This document shows, one piece after another, positions 47,548 to 56,168 of a stretch of DNA of 64,000 nt. The DNA comes from an uncultured Gammaproteobacteria bacterium (GTDB lineage: Bacteria; Patescibacteriota; Patescibacteriia; Patescibacteriales; GWC2-42-12). Numbering within the stretch: position 1 is the first letter of the stretch; every line of letters starts with the position of its first letter. Under the pieces are notes generated by a model. The model did no database searches and was not told the DNA's origin. It saw nothing but the letters and a program-made list of their open reading frames with translations. The stretch is from assembly GCA_964431805.1 (NCBI GenBank), contig CAYSKV010000002.1, forward strand, positions 8,025 to 72,024, written 5' to 3'. Both the position numbers and the translations under genes were made by a program.

Positions 47548-47582
47548 ATTTTTATTTAATATATTATATTTTGAAAGGTTAA

Positions 47583-48995
47583 TTATACTCTTACTTGTTT
47601 AGCTGCAATAGGCGCATTTTTTTTAATCGCTGGATTTAAAAATTCTAACCTGGAGATTGGTTGATTTGTTTCTTTGGCAATATCAGCTAAAGTTATCTGC
47701 TTACTTTTATTATTAGGAATTTTTATTTCTGTGCCGGTTTTTAAATTTTTTACCGCCGCGGGGTTAGCTTCAACTAATTTTTTAGGATCAATTTTAAACT
47801 TCTGGGCAATTCTAAATAAATTTTTATCAAAATATTTAGCCGTATATACATTATATCTAGGAGCTGATGGCTTAACTTCTTTTATATGAAAATGAATTGG
47901 ATCTTTTTGCTCTTTAGCTAAACCTTCATCAATTAATTCCATAATGGCATAATATTTTGCCGGATAATTTAAATTCTCCGAAAAACCGCTAACTTCCTTA
48001 TCGAACATGGCCTGCTTTCTTTTTTTGCTAAAAGGCACAATTAAAATTTCACCGGCTTTTATGTTTCTATAATTACTAATTTTATTACAACTAGCTAATT
48101 CAGCCGCGCTAACATCGCTTTGGGCCGCAATAGCTTCTAAAGTTTCTCCTCTTTGAACTTTTCTGGTATAGCTATCTAAACTTTTGATATCATCTTTAGC
48201 CGCATTTAATTTATTTTCAATAAATTTTAAAAACCCTTCGTAAGAAACTTTAAGTTTTTCTTGAGCTGATTCTTTTAAATACTGCCAAATAAAACCGCCA
48301 TTATATCCGGACAATGCCAACGACCAATCTTTAGTCGCTTTATATAAATCGCTTAATAAATCAGCGCAAGCTCGCGCGCTAGCTAATGGATCTTTTCTTT
48401 CATCATAATCAACACTTACTTTTAAATCATAAAGCTTAGCGGTTTTCGGCATAAATTGATAAGGTCCGGCCGCGCCCGATCTTGATACGGCATTAGGTTG
48501 CCAATGCGATTCAGGAATGGCTAAAAATATAAATTCTTTAGGCACGCCTTTTTCAGCGAATATTTTTTCTAAATAGGGTTGCCAGCAACCTATTTCTTCA
48601 TAAGCATTAATTAAACTTTCTCTTAATTTTGGATTATTACGATATTTTTCTTTCCAATTATTTTTTATAGCCTCAACGGTTTTTAAATTAAATTCTATCG
48701 GCCCTTCTTTTTCTAAATTTAAAATTTCTTGCGAAGATATGCTATCTTGAGTTTCAATTTCTTTTTGTTCTTCGGTCGGCTCTTCTATAATTTCAGATTT
48801 TTCTTTCTCTTCTTTATCGGCTTCATCGCCAAAATTATTAATAAAATAATCTACACCTTTACCAACGGCTACAGCGCCGGCAACCGCGAACATACCTTTT
48901 AAAAAACCTCGGCGAGTTATTTTGCCTTCTTCTTTTATATGTTCAATTTTCTTTGGTTTTTCAACCGGTTTAAAAAAATTATTTTCTAATCTCAT
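47583..48995 (-). CDS. Exported lytic transglycosylase (SLT domain) with LysM repeats and a Tat-like signal
   Basis: 470 aa. It has TRRGFLKGMFAVAGAVAVG (a twin-arginine motif), the SLT block AIPESHWQPNAVSRSGAAGPYQFMP, and LysM-like repeats (e.g. VQRGETLEAIAAQSDVSAAELASCNKISNYRNIKAGEILIVP). Confidence 0.8.
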   Translation of the reverse strand: MRLENNFFKPVEKPKKIEHIKEEGKITRRGFLKGMFAVAGAVAVGKGVDYFINNFGDEADKEEKEKSEIIEEPTEEQKEIETQDSISSQEILNLEKEGPIEFNLKTVEAIKNNWKEKYRNNPKLRESLINAYEEIGCWQPYLEKIFAEKGVPKEFIFLAIPESHWQPNAVSRSGAAGPYQFMPKTAKLYDLKVSVDYDERKDPLASARACADLLSDLYKATKDWSLALSGYNGGFIWQYLKESAQEKLKVSYEGFLKFIENKLNAAKDDIKSLDSYTRKVQRGETLEAIAAQSDVSAAELASCNKISNYRNIKAGEILIVPFSKKRKQAMFDKEVSGFSENLNYPAKYYAIMELIDEGLAKEQKDPIHFHIKEVKPSAPRYNVYTAKYFDKNLFRIAQKFKIDPKKLVEANPAAVKNLKTGTEIKIPNNKSKQITLADIAKETNQPISRLEFLNPAIKKNAPIAAKQVRV

Positions 48996-49006
48996 TATTT
49001 TATTTA

Positions 49007-51688
49007 TTATTTACTCTTTAAACTTTTTAATTCTGCCTGCCAATTTTTCAATTTTTCTTTTTCTTTTTTTACTATTTCAGCCGGCGCTTTATTCGTAAAT
49101 TCCTTATTAGCTAGTCTAACTTTAGCCGAAGCAATTATTTTTTCTAAATTAGCAATTTCTTTTTCTATTCTTATTTTTTCTTTGGCCACATCAACCGCGC
49201 CTAATAAATATATTTCAATATCACCAACAGCAACGTAAATTGCATCAGATAATTTTTCTCCTTTATCCTCCGTAGCTTTAGCGAAGGGGGGCTTTTCTAA
49301 AACTTTAAGTTCATTAATGCCTGTTCGCAAATTTTTGATTAAATGCGCTTGTGATTCAATTAATTCTTTTTGATTGCCCGCATAAATTACTGCTTCTATT
49401 TTTTTAGCTGGTTCAACATTATTTTCAGCGCGCGCATTACGAATTGCAATAATAATTTCTTGAATAGTTTTTGTTTCTATAAAATCAGAACTCTTATTAA
49501 ATTGTTCCAATATTTCTTTATAATTATCTAGCTGCGGATATTTTTCTGTTAATAATAAAGTTTTATTCTCCATTTCTTGCCAAATTTTCTCAGTTACAAA
49601 TGGAATAAAAGGATGCCATAATTTTAATAAATCATTTAAAATTACTGATAATATTTGTCCCTTAGAAGAATTCTTTTCGAACTTACACACCTCTAAGTAC
49701 CAATCCGCTAAATCATCCCAAGTAAATCCTCTTAATATTTCTTTCGCTTGTGAAAAACGATAATTATTTAAATCATCGTCAACTGTCCATATCAAATTTC
49801 TCGTCTCAAATAAAATCCATTTATCAAACAAAGTTAAATCATTTAAATCAAATTTGTAATTAGTAGTTTGTAATTCGTAATTCGTAATTATATATCTTGA
49901 AATATTCCATAATTTATTAACCATATTTCTCGCTCCCTCAACTTTCTCTTCATAAAATTTTGAGTCATTGCCCGGAGCAATGCCGCCAATTAAACTTAAA
50001 CGCAAAGCATCGGTGCCAAATTTAGAAATAACTTCAATCGGATCAATATTATTACCTGATGATTTAGAAAATTTCTTGCCCGACTCGCTTCTTAACATGC
50101 CATGAATATAAACATCTCTAAACGGAATTTGATCTAAAGCATAAGTCGACATTAAAATCATTCTAGCCATCCAGAAAAATAAAATTTCATAACCCATCTG
50201 CATCCAGCTCGTTGGATAAAAATTTTGTTCCCAATTTTTTTCCGGCCAACCTAAAGTAGAAAATGTCCAAAGCCCGGAAGAAAACCAAGTGTCTAAAGTG
50301 TCTTCATCTTGAACCCAATCTTTTCCATCTGGCGCATCAGAACCGACAAATATCTCCTCTCCTTTATACCAAACTGGAATTCTATGCCCCCACCAAATTT
50401 GGCGAGAAATACACCAATCACGTAAATTATCTATCCAATTTAAATAAACTTTTTCAAACCTTTCTGGTGTAATTTTTACTTTTTGATCTTTATCTCCATT
50501 ATGCCCATTCGTAACCGCTTCACGCATTAAATCTTTTAAACTTTTATCTTTGTTAGGAATCTTTTTATTAACATCAATAAACCACTGCGTCATTGGTAAA
50601 ACTTCAATCGCGTCGCTAAAGCGATCGGAAGTGCCGACGTTTTGTATTATGTCTTCTTCTTTTTCTAATAATTTTTCTTTTTTAAGCCAGGCAACAAATT
50701 TTTCTCGCGCTTCTAAAACCGAGAGGCCAGAATACTCTTTCCCGGCGGCTTCAGCCATTTTACCGTTTTGATCAATTACTGAAATTAAAGCGATTGGATC
50801 GTTTTTGGCTTTCTGTTTTTCATACATTTCAAAATCAACCATACTATGCGCCGGTGTAACTCCGACCGCGCCGGTGCCAAAAGTTTCATCAACCGCTTCG
50901 TCAGCAATAATTTTTATTTCTAAAGGTTTAACCGCGCCGACATCAACCGTAAAAATTTGTCCAATATATTTTTTATACCTTTTGTCGTTAGGATTTACCG
51001 CCACGGCCGTATCGCCAAGTTTTGTTTCCGGTCGAGTTGTGGCTACGGCGATGGGAAAATCTTTAGCATATTTAAATGTATAAAATTTAGCCGGCCTTTC
51101 TACATGCACGAGTTCGTCATCAGAACAGGTTGATTGCCCCCTAACCGACCAATTAACTACGCGATTACCTCTATATATTAATCCATCGTTGTACATTTTT
51201 ATAAATACTTCATTAACCGCCTGACTTCTTTTTTCATCAAAAGTATAAGCTAGACGCGACCAATCGCAACTAGTTCCCATTTTTTTAATTTGTTTTAAAA
51301 TTGTGGATTTAGATTCTTCGGCATACTCGCGAATTTTTTCTAACAATTTTTCACGACCTAATTCTTGACGCGGATTTTTTATGCCCTGCTCTACTAATAC
51401 TTTTTCTACTTTAGCCTGCGTAGCTACGGCCGCATGATCAGTACCAGGAAGTAATAATACTTTTTTACCATTCATTCTCTGATAACGAGCCATTATATCC
51501 ATTAAAGAATTTTCCAAAGCATGTCCAAGATGAAGCACGCCAGTAACATTCGGCGGCGGCATCATTATAGAGTATGGATCACCCTCTAAATTATCCGGAT
51601 TAAAAAAACCCGATTTCTCCCATTTGGTGTAAATCGCATCTTCATAATCAGCCGAATTATATGTTTTTGGTAATTCCTTATTTAACAT
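49007..51688 (-). CDS. valS: Valine--tRNA ligase
   Basis: 893 aa with PPNVTGVLHLGHAL (HIGH), KFSKSSGN (KMSKS), an editing-domain insertion and a C-terminal coiled coil. Confidence 0.96.
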   Translation of the reverse strand: MLNKELPKTYNSADYEDAIYTKWEKSGFFNPDNLEGDPYSIMMPPPNVTGVLHLGHALENSLMDIMARYQRMNGKKVLLLPGTDHAAVATQAKVEKVLVEQGIKNPRQELGREKLLEKIREYAEESKSTILKQIKKMGTSCDWSRLAYTFDEKRSQAVNEVFIKMYNDGLIYRGNRVVNWSVRGQSTCSDDELVHVERPAKFYTFKYAKDFPIAVATTRPETKLGDTAVAVNPNDKRYKKYIGQIFTVDVGAVKPLEIKIIADEAVDETFGTGAVGVTPAHSMVDFEMYEKQKAKNDPIALISVIDQNGKMAEAAGKEYSGLSVLEAREKFVAWLKKEKLLEKEEDIIQNVGTSDRFSDAIEVLPMTQWFIDVNKKIPNKDKSLKDLMREAVTNGHNGDKDQKVKITPERFEKVYLNWIDNLRDWCISRQIWWGHRIPVWYKGEEIFVGSDAPDGKDWVQDEDTLDTWFSSGLWTFSTLGWPEKNWEQNFYPTSWMQMGYEILFFWMARMILMSTYALDQIPFRDVYIHGMLRSESGKKFSKSSGNNIDPIEVISKFGTDALRLSLIGGIAPGNDSKFYEEKVEGARNMVNKLWNISRYIITNYELQTTNYKFDLNDLTLFDKWILFETRNLIWTVDDDLNNYRFSQAKEILRGFTWDDLADWYLEVCKFEKNSSKGQILSVILNDLLKLWHPFIPFVTEKIWQEMENKTLLLTEKYPQLDNYKEILEQFNKSSDFIETKTIQEIIIAIRNARAENNVEPAKKIEAVIYAGNQKELIESQAHLIKNLRTGINELKVLEKPPFAKATEDKGEKLSDAIYVAVGDIEIYLLGAVDVAKEKIRIEKEIANLEKIIASAKVRLANKEFTNKAPAEIVKKEKEKLKNWQAELKSLKSK
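49267..49290. repeat. Short palindromic element ('AKATEDK' family) inside the valS ORF
   Basis: The element is cctccgtagctttagcgaaggggg. The 18-nt core 49266-49283 is identical to 8885-8902 in pheS. It is translated as EKPPFAKATEDKG in the same frame as in pheS. Confidence 0.8.
49854..49888. repeat. Five tandem heptamers inside the valS ORF
   Basis: The array is ttgtaat tagtagt ttgtaat tcgtaat tcgtaat, translated on the minus strand as ITNYELQTTNYKF. It resembles the intergenic heptamer arrays (gaaaatt / ttgataa / ttgtaaa) at 5377-5411, 8291-8320 and 9880-9935. Confidence 0.65.
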
Positions 51689-51824
51689 CTAAAAATATTA
51701 TAATAATATAGCTAAAATTAGCCAAATCAATTAAAATAAACTATAAATAATTTTAACAAATTTATATTCTAAGAATAACAAAATTACCCTTACTTTGCAA
51801 GAAAAAAACAACTTTTTAATCCTC

Positions 51825-51853
51825 TTGACACCATGTTTCAGATGAGATATATT
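51825..51853 (+). promoter_or_regulatory. Candidate sigma-70-type promoter of the DHH gene
   Basis: TTGACA (51825-51830), a 17-nt spacer, then TATATT (51848-51853), 22 nt upstream of the ATG at 51875. Confidence 0.5.
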
Positions 51854-51874
51854 AATTAATTGACTTAAAGCCCT

Positions 51875-53071
51875 ATGCAACTAAACGGTCAAAGCACAAA
51901 CATGTTAACTCAAGAACAACAAATTTTTGAACAAATCAAAAAAGCTTCCAATATTTTAATTACTTTTAAAAAAACTTGGAATGGTGACTCCGTGGCTTCG
52001 GCTTTGGCCATGTTTTTATTTTTAAAAAAAATGGATAAAAACGTTGAAGTCATAGCAGAAAAATTCAGCTTAAATAAACTTTATTCATTCTTGCCAGGCT
52101 ATACGGAAATAAAACATAAATTAGATAATTTGCGTAAATTTATTATTTCCTTAGACGTAACTAATACTAAGGTAAGTCAAATAAAATATACTCAAGAAAA
52201 AAATCAATTAAATTTTATTATCTCGCCTAAAGATGGCTTTTTTAATTCATCGGATATAACTTCAGGTGCTAGCGGTTTTAAATACGATTTAATTATTACA
52301 GTCGATACTCCCGACTTAGAATCTTTAGGCACTATCTATGATAATGACACTGAATTTTTTTACCAAACTCCAATTATCAATATTGATCATAGTTCAAATA
52401 ACGAAGGTTATGGCCAAATTGATTTTATTGAACTTACGGCGGTAGCGACTTCAGAAATTATTTTCTCGTTGTTTGAAAGCTTTGGCCGCGATCTAATAGA
52501 CGAAAATATCGCCACTTGCCTTTTAACCGGTATGATCGCTGAAACTAAAAGTTTTAAAACTAACAATGTTACTCCGCACGCGCTTTTAATCGCCTCTCAA
52601 CTAATGTCTTTAGGCGCTAGACGCGAAGAAATCGTTAATTATCTTTATCGTTCAAAAAGCATAAATGTTTTAAAACTCTGGGGACGCGTTTTAGCTAGAC
52701 TGTCTAGTAGCTTAGATAATAAATTGGTTTGGTCAACTCTTTCTTCGGCTGATTTTTTAAAAACTAACTCTACGGAGAAAGATTTAACCGATGTTATAGA
52801 TGAATTAATCGTTAGCATTCCGCAAGCTAAAGTTATAGCCATTATTTATGAAAATAAAAATGTTAACGAAGAAGCTAAAAACGAACCAATTAAAGAAACT
52901 AATTTATTGCTTTACACTATAAAAAACATTGATTCATTAGCGCTATTAAAAGAATTCAACCCAACCGGAACAAAAAGCTTAGCTCGCGCGATTATTAATT
53001 TACCTATCGCGGAAGCAGAAACAACTATTATTAATGCGATTCAAGACAAGTTAAATAAATTACCGTTATAG
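51875..53071 (+). CDS. DHH-family phosphoesterase (NrnA-like), motifs partly degenerate
   Basis: 398 aa with ..WNGDSVASALAM.., ..IITVDTPD.. and ..NIDHSSNNEGYG.. in the order of DHH motifs I-III. The C-terminal DHHA1-like half has no clear GGGH. Confidence 0.6.
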   Translation: MQLNGQSTNMLTQEQQIFEQIKKASNILITFKKTWNGDSVASALAMFLFLKKMDKNVEVIAEKFSLNKLYSFLPGYTEIKHKLDNLRKFIISLDVTNTKVSQIKYTQEKNQLNFIISPKDGFFNSSDITSGASGFKYDLIITVDTPDLESLGTIYDNDTEFFYQTPIINIDHSSNNEGYGQIDFIELTAVATSEIIFSLFESFGRDLIDENIATCLLTGMIAETKSFKTNNVTPHALLIASQLMSLGARREEIVNYLYRSKSINVLKLWGRVLARLSSSLDNKLVWSTLSSADFLKTNSTEKDLTDVIDELIVSIPQAKVIAIIYENKNVNEEAKNEPIKETNLLLYTIKNIDSLALLKEFNPTGTKSLARAIINLPIAEAETTIINAIQDKLNKLPL

Positions 53072-53106
53072 CCCTTGAAAAAAACTAAACTTAGTGTTAA
53101 ATTAAT

Positions 53107-53134
53107 AAAAAGGATTGACTCCTTTTTTTGTTTT
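53107..53134 (+). terminator. Weak hairpin terminator after the DHH gene
   Basis: AAAAAGGA-ttgac-TCCTTTTT followed by TTTGTTTT. Confidence 0.4.
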
Positions 53135-53141
53135 AGGCTGG

Positions 53142-53215
53142 GGGCGTGTAGCTCAGCTGGTTAGAGCACGGCTCTTATAAAGCCGGGGTCGATGGTTCAA
53201 GTCCATCCACGCCCA
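53142..53215 (+). tRNA. tRNA-Ile, anticodon UAU
   Basis: Hand-folded cloverleaf. Acceptor GGGCGTG/CACGCCC; D arm GCTC-AGCTGGTTA-GAGC; anticodon stem CGGCT/AGCCG with loop C-T-TAT-A-A (anticodon at 53176-53178); variable loop GGGTC; T arm GATGG-TTCAAGT-CCATC; discriminator A. CCA is not encoded (the gene is followed by CCT). Confidence 0.85.
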
Positions 53216-53232
53216 CCTTTAAAATAATATTT

Positions 53233-53306
53233 GGACAATTAGCTCAGTTGGTTAGAGCGCCACATTGACATTGTGGAGGCCACAGGTTCGAGTCCTGTAT
53301 TGTCCA
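53233..53306 (+). tRNA. tRNA-Val, anticodon GAC
   Basis: Hand-folded cloverleaf. Acceptor GGACAAT/ATTGTCC; D arm GCTC-AGTTGGTTA-GAGC; anticodon stem CCACA/TGTGG with loop T-T-GAC-A-T; T arm ACAGG-TTCGAGT-CCTGT; discriminator A. Confidence 0.9.
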
Positions 53307-53362
53307 CCCTTGTTAAATATTGTAATAAACATTATAATATTTATATAACTTCTAAAAATAAT

Positions 53363-53827
53363 ATGGCAAATTTTTTTAAAAAACTATCTGGCATTGATGA
53401 CAAAGAAAAAAATATAGATGAACAGGAACAATATGAAGATGAATTATTAGATGAGGAAGATCTGCCTTCAGGAGAATGGCTTGGTGGAGATTATGACGAA
53501 GGTCAGCTTTCAATTGACGTTTTTCAAAACCCAAATAGCATTATTGTTAAATCAACCATCGCCGGTGTTAAACCTGACGATATTGATATTTCAATTAACA
53601 ACGACATGCTGACCATCAGAGGTCGAAGAGAAATCCAGGAACAAATTTCTGAAGAAAATTATTTAATTAAAGAATGTTATTGGGGTGGTTTTTCCCGTTC
53701 TATTATTTTACCGGTAGAAGTTGAGGTAGAAAAAGTTGAGGCCTCTTTAGATAATGGCGTTTTAACCGTAATTTTGCCAAAAGCCAAAAGCGCCAAACAA
53801 TTTTCCATTAAAGTAAGAGAGAAATAA
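53363..53827 (+). CDS. Hsp20/alpha-crystallin family small heat-shock protein
   Basis: ORF track 53273..53827, trimmed to the ATG at 53363 (MANFFKKLSG) because the longer ORF overlaps tRNA-Val. The alpha-crystallin core is LSIDVFQNPNSIIVKSTIAGVKPDDIDISINNDMLTIRG...GGFSRSIILPVEVEVEKVEASLDNGVLTVILPK. Confidence 0.85.
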   Translation: MANFFKKLSGIDDKEKNIDEQEQYEDELLDEEDLPSGEWLGGDYDEGQLSIDVFQNPNSIIVKSTIAGVKPDDIDISINNDMLTIRGRREIQEQISEENYLIKECYWGGFSRSIILPVEVEVEKVEASLDNGVLTVILPKAKSAKQFSIKVREK

Positions 53828-53830
53828 ATT

Positions 53831-54046
53831 ATGTTAATTAAATTAACCGTTGACCGCTTCGAAGGAGATAAGGCCGTTTTAATAACTAGCGACGGCTCAA
53901 AGATTGTTTGGCCAAAAAACAAATTATCAGCCGACGTCCATGAAGGCGCAACTTTAAGCTTTGATATTGTAGAAGCGGCCGAACGGGAAAAACGAGATAA
54001 ACAAACAGCTAAAGATATAATAAACGAGATAATTCAAAACTCATAA
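53831..54046 (+). CDS. DUF3006-like small protein
   Basis: 71 aa, starting MLIKLTVDRFEGDKAVLITSDGSKIVWPKNKLSADVHEGATLSFDI, the pattern I associate with DUF3006. Confidence 0.6.
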   Translation: MLIKLTVDRFEGDKAVLITSDGSKIVWPKNKLSADVHEGATLSFDIVEAAEREKRDKQTAKDIINEIIQNS

Positions 54047-54069
54047 GATTTATTATTAACACACCTAAA

Positions 54070-55953
54070 ATGCCGGAGATTATTAATGGCCAAACAGACA
54101 AGGATAAATCACGATGGTTGCTTACGCTGGCAATCATTTTTTTTATCTTACTGATTCTAACCGCATCAGGCTTATTTATCTTTGATAAAATTTATCAAAA
54201 TAAAATTTACCCAAACATTTTTATAGGCAACTTAAATCTTGGCGGTAAAACTATCGAACAAGCTAAAGAATTAGTTAATGCAGAAATTAATAAAATTAGC
54301 CAAACCGGCGTAGTTTTTTCTTATAAAGATAAGCAAACAACCATAACGCCAGTTATTGCTTCGGCTGACGCTGATTTAGCCATTCAAATTATTAATTTTA
54401 ACACTGATTTAACAACTGAAGCGGCTTTAAATTACGGCCGACATAATAATTTTTTTATAGACCTAGAAAAAAAATTATCTTTATTAATAAGTAAAAAACG
54501 ATTACCGCTAATAATTTCTATTAATCAAGACCCGGCTGAAAAAATATTAAAAGATGCTTTTATTGAAGCTTACCAACCAGCCGAAGATGCTAAATTAGTG
54601 GTAACAAAAACTCAAACTTCAGGCGTTTATGAATTTAGCATAACTAATGAAAAAATGGGTAAAATTATAGATTACAAAGAAGCAATTGAACAAATGTTAA
54701 ATAATCTCTCTAATCTTAATAGCCAGGAAATAAAACTTTTCACCACAACAGAATATCCAAAAATTTTAGCCAAAGATGCTTTAAATATAGAAAGTAAGGC
54801 CAAAACTATTTTAGCCGGTGCGCCTATAACTTTAATCTATGTCGATAAAAAATGGACGATTGAACAAGATCAACTAGCCGACCTTCTAGCTTTAAAATTA
54901 AATAATTCTGCTAATGATAAAGTAGGCGTCGGCTTGGATAAAATAAAAACTAGCGCTTACTTAAAAGAGCAAATCGCTTCGCAAATAGATCAAAAACCAA
55001 TTGAAGCAAAATTTGAAATTAATAATAATAAGGTCAGTGAATTTCAAAACGGTCAAAGTGGCTTAGCGCTTAATATAGAAGCGACTATTGCAAAAATGGA
55101 AAATGAAATTACTAATTTAAAACCAATCGAACTAGTAGTTGAAGCTCAACCGGTTTTAGTTAACGCCGGTAACATAAACAACTTTGGCATTAAAGAAATA
55201 ATTGGCGTTGGTACTTCAAATTTTAGCGGCTCACCGACTAACCGCCGACATAATATTAAAGTAGGAGCCGCCGCGGTTAACGGCACGCTAATAAAACCAG
55301 GGGAAGAATTTTCTCTACTAAAAACTTTAGGCGAAGTTGACGGCACCACTGGTTATCTTCAAGAATTAGTTATTAAAGAAGGTAAAACCATACCCGAATA
55401 CGGCGGCGGCTTATGTCAGATAGGCACTACAGTATTTAGGGCGGCCGTCGCGAGCGGTTTACCAATAACTATGAGACGCAATCACTCTTACCGCGTTTCC
55501 TATTACGAACCGGCTGGCACCGACGCTACAATTTATGATCCTTGGCCAGATTTTCGTTTTATTAATGACACGGCGAATTACATTTTAATCCAACAAAAAT
55601 TTTCCGGCGACACTATTTCATTTGAATTCTGGGGAACTAAAGATGGACGTCTAGTCGAAAATACTAAACCTACAATTTATAACATTGTAAAACCAGCGCC
55701 AACTAAAATTATCGAGACTACGGATTTAAAGCCAGGTATAAAAAAATGCACGGAGCACGCTCATAATGGCGCTGATGCCTACTTTGATTATAAAGTTACT
55801 TACTCAAACGGAGAAATTAAACAAGAAAGATTTTCTTCTCATTATGTGCCCTGGCAAGAAGTCTGTTTGCTCGGAGTAGAAAAATTAACCGCGCCGCCAG
55901 ATACTACTGCAACTTCCACTGCAACTTCCACACTAAAAACTATAACTAACTAA
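54070..55953 (+). CDS. VanW family protein (membrane-anchored)
   Basis: 627 aa with an N-terminal TM and the C-terminal VanW block ..EYGGGLCQIGTTVFRAAVASGLPITMRRNHSYRVSYY... Confidence 0.8.
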   Translation: MPEIINGQTDKDKSRWLLTLAIIFFILLILTASGLFIFDKIYQNKIYPNIFIGNLNLGGKTIEQAKELVNAEINKISQTGVVFSYKDKQTTITPVIASADADLAIQIINFNTDLTTEAALNYGRHNNFFIDLEKKLSLLISKKRLPLIISINQDPAEKILKDAFIEAYQPAEDAKLVVTKTQTSGVYEFSITNEKMGKIIDYKEAIEQMLNNLSNLNSQEIKLFTTTEYPKILAKDALNIESKAKTILAGAPITLIYVDKKWTIEQDQLADLLALKLNNSANDKVGVGLDKIKTSAYLKEQIASQIDQKPIEAKFEINNNKVSEFQNGQSGLALNIEATIAKMENEITNLKPIELVVEAQPVLVNAGNINNFGIKEIIGVGTSNFSGSPTNRRHNIKVGAAAVNGTLIKPGEEFSLLKTLGEVDGTTGYLQELVIKEGKTIPEYGGGLCQIGTTVFRAAVASGLPITMRRNHSYRVSYYEPAGTDATIYDPWPDFRFINDTANYILIQQKFSGDTISFEFWGTKDGRLVENTKPTIYNIVKPAPTKIIETTDLKPGIKKCTEHAHNGADAYFDYKVTYSNGEIKQERFSSHYVPWQEVCLLGVEKLTAPPDTTATSTATSTLKTITN

Positions 55954-55980
55954 AAACCGCTTCCATTTAGAAGCGGTTTT
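55953..55980 (+). terminator. Rho-independent terminator of the VanW gene
   Basis: AAAACCGCTTC (55953-55963) - cattta - GAAGCGGTTTT (55970-55980), starting at the stop codon. Confidence 0.75.
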
Positions 55981-55985
55981 ACAAT

Positions 55986-56133
55986 AAAAAAAGACCGACT
56001 TGAGCGGGCAGGCAAGAAAATTTCTACAAGGCGAAGCATAGTTCGTAAACCATGTTATGCCTTATAAGAAGATCCCCATGCTTGTCGTGCCTAACCCGCT
56101 TAAATCGGCCTTTCTTATGTAATTTTTAAGTGA
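55986..56133 (-). ncRNA. Candidate ~150-nt structured sRNA (family unknown) with its own promoter and a long closing stem plus U-run
   Basis: On the minus strand, AAGAAAGGCCGATTTAAGCGGG (56116-56095) pairs with CCCGCTCAAGTCGGTCTTTTTT (56008-55987). That is 22 positions with 1 mismatch and a few G.U pairs, ending in a run of 7 U (55992-55986). Inner stems are AGGCA/TGCCT, AAGGC/GCCTT and the apical hairpin CATGG-tttacgaa-CTATG. There is no ORF, and the region is G+C-rich relative to its flanks. Confidence 0.5.
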
Positions 56134-56139
56134 TTTTAT

Positions 56140-56168
56140 AGTCTATCATAATTAAATGGTCTTGTCAA
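56140..56168 (-). promoter_or_regulatory. Candidate promoter of the sRNA candidate (minus strand)
   Basis: The minus strand reads TTGACA (56168-56163), a 17-nt spacer, then TAGACT (56145-56140). Its -35 overlaps the palindrome CTTGTCAAG shared with the divergent uvrB promoter. Confidence 0.4.

Noticed and set aside
47548-51874. T-box or other leader riboswitches upstream of tyrS / valS
   Set aside because: The tyrS leader is only about 35 nt. The valS upstream spacer lacks a T-box consensus (AGGGTGGNACCGCG-like) or a terminator/antiterminator pair that I could see.
53273-53362. The N-terminal 30 codons of the track ORF 53273..53827
   Set aside because: They overlap the 3' half of tRNA-Val (53233-53306), and the Hsp20 homology starts after the internal ATG at 53363.
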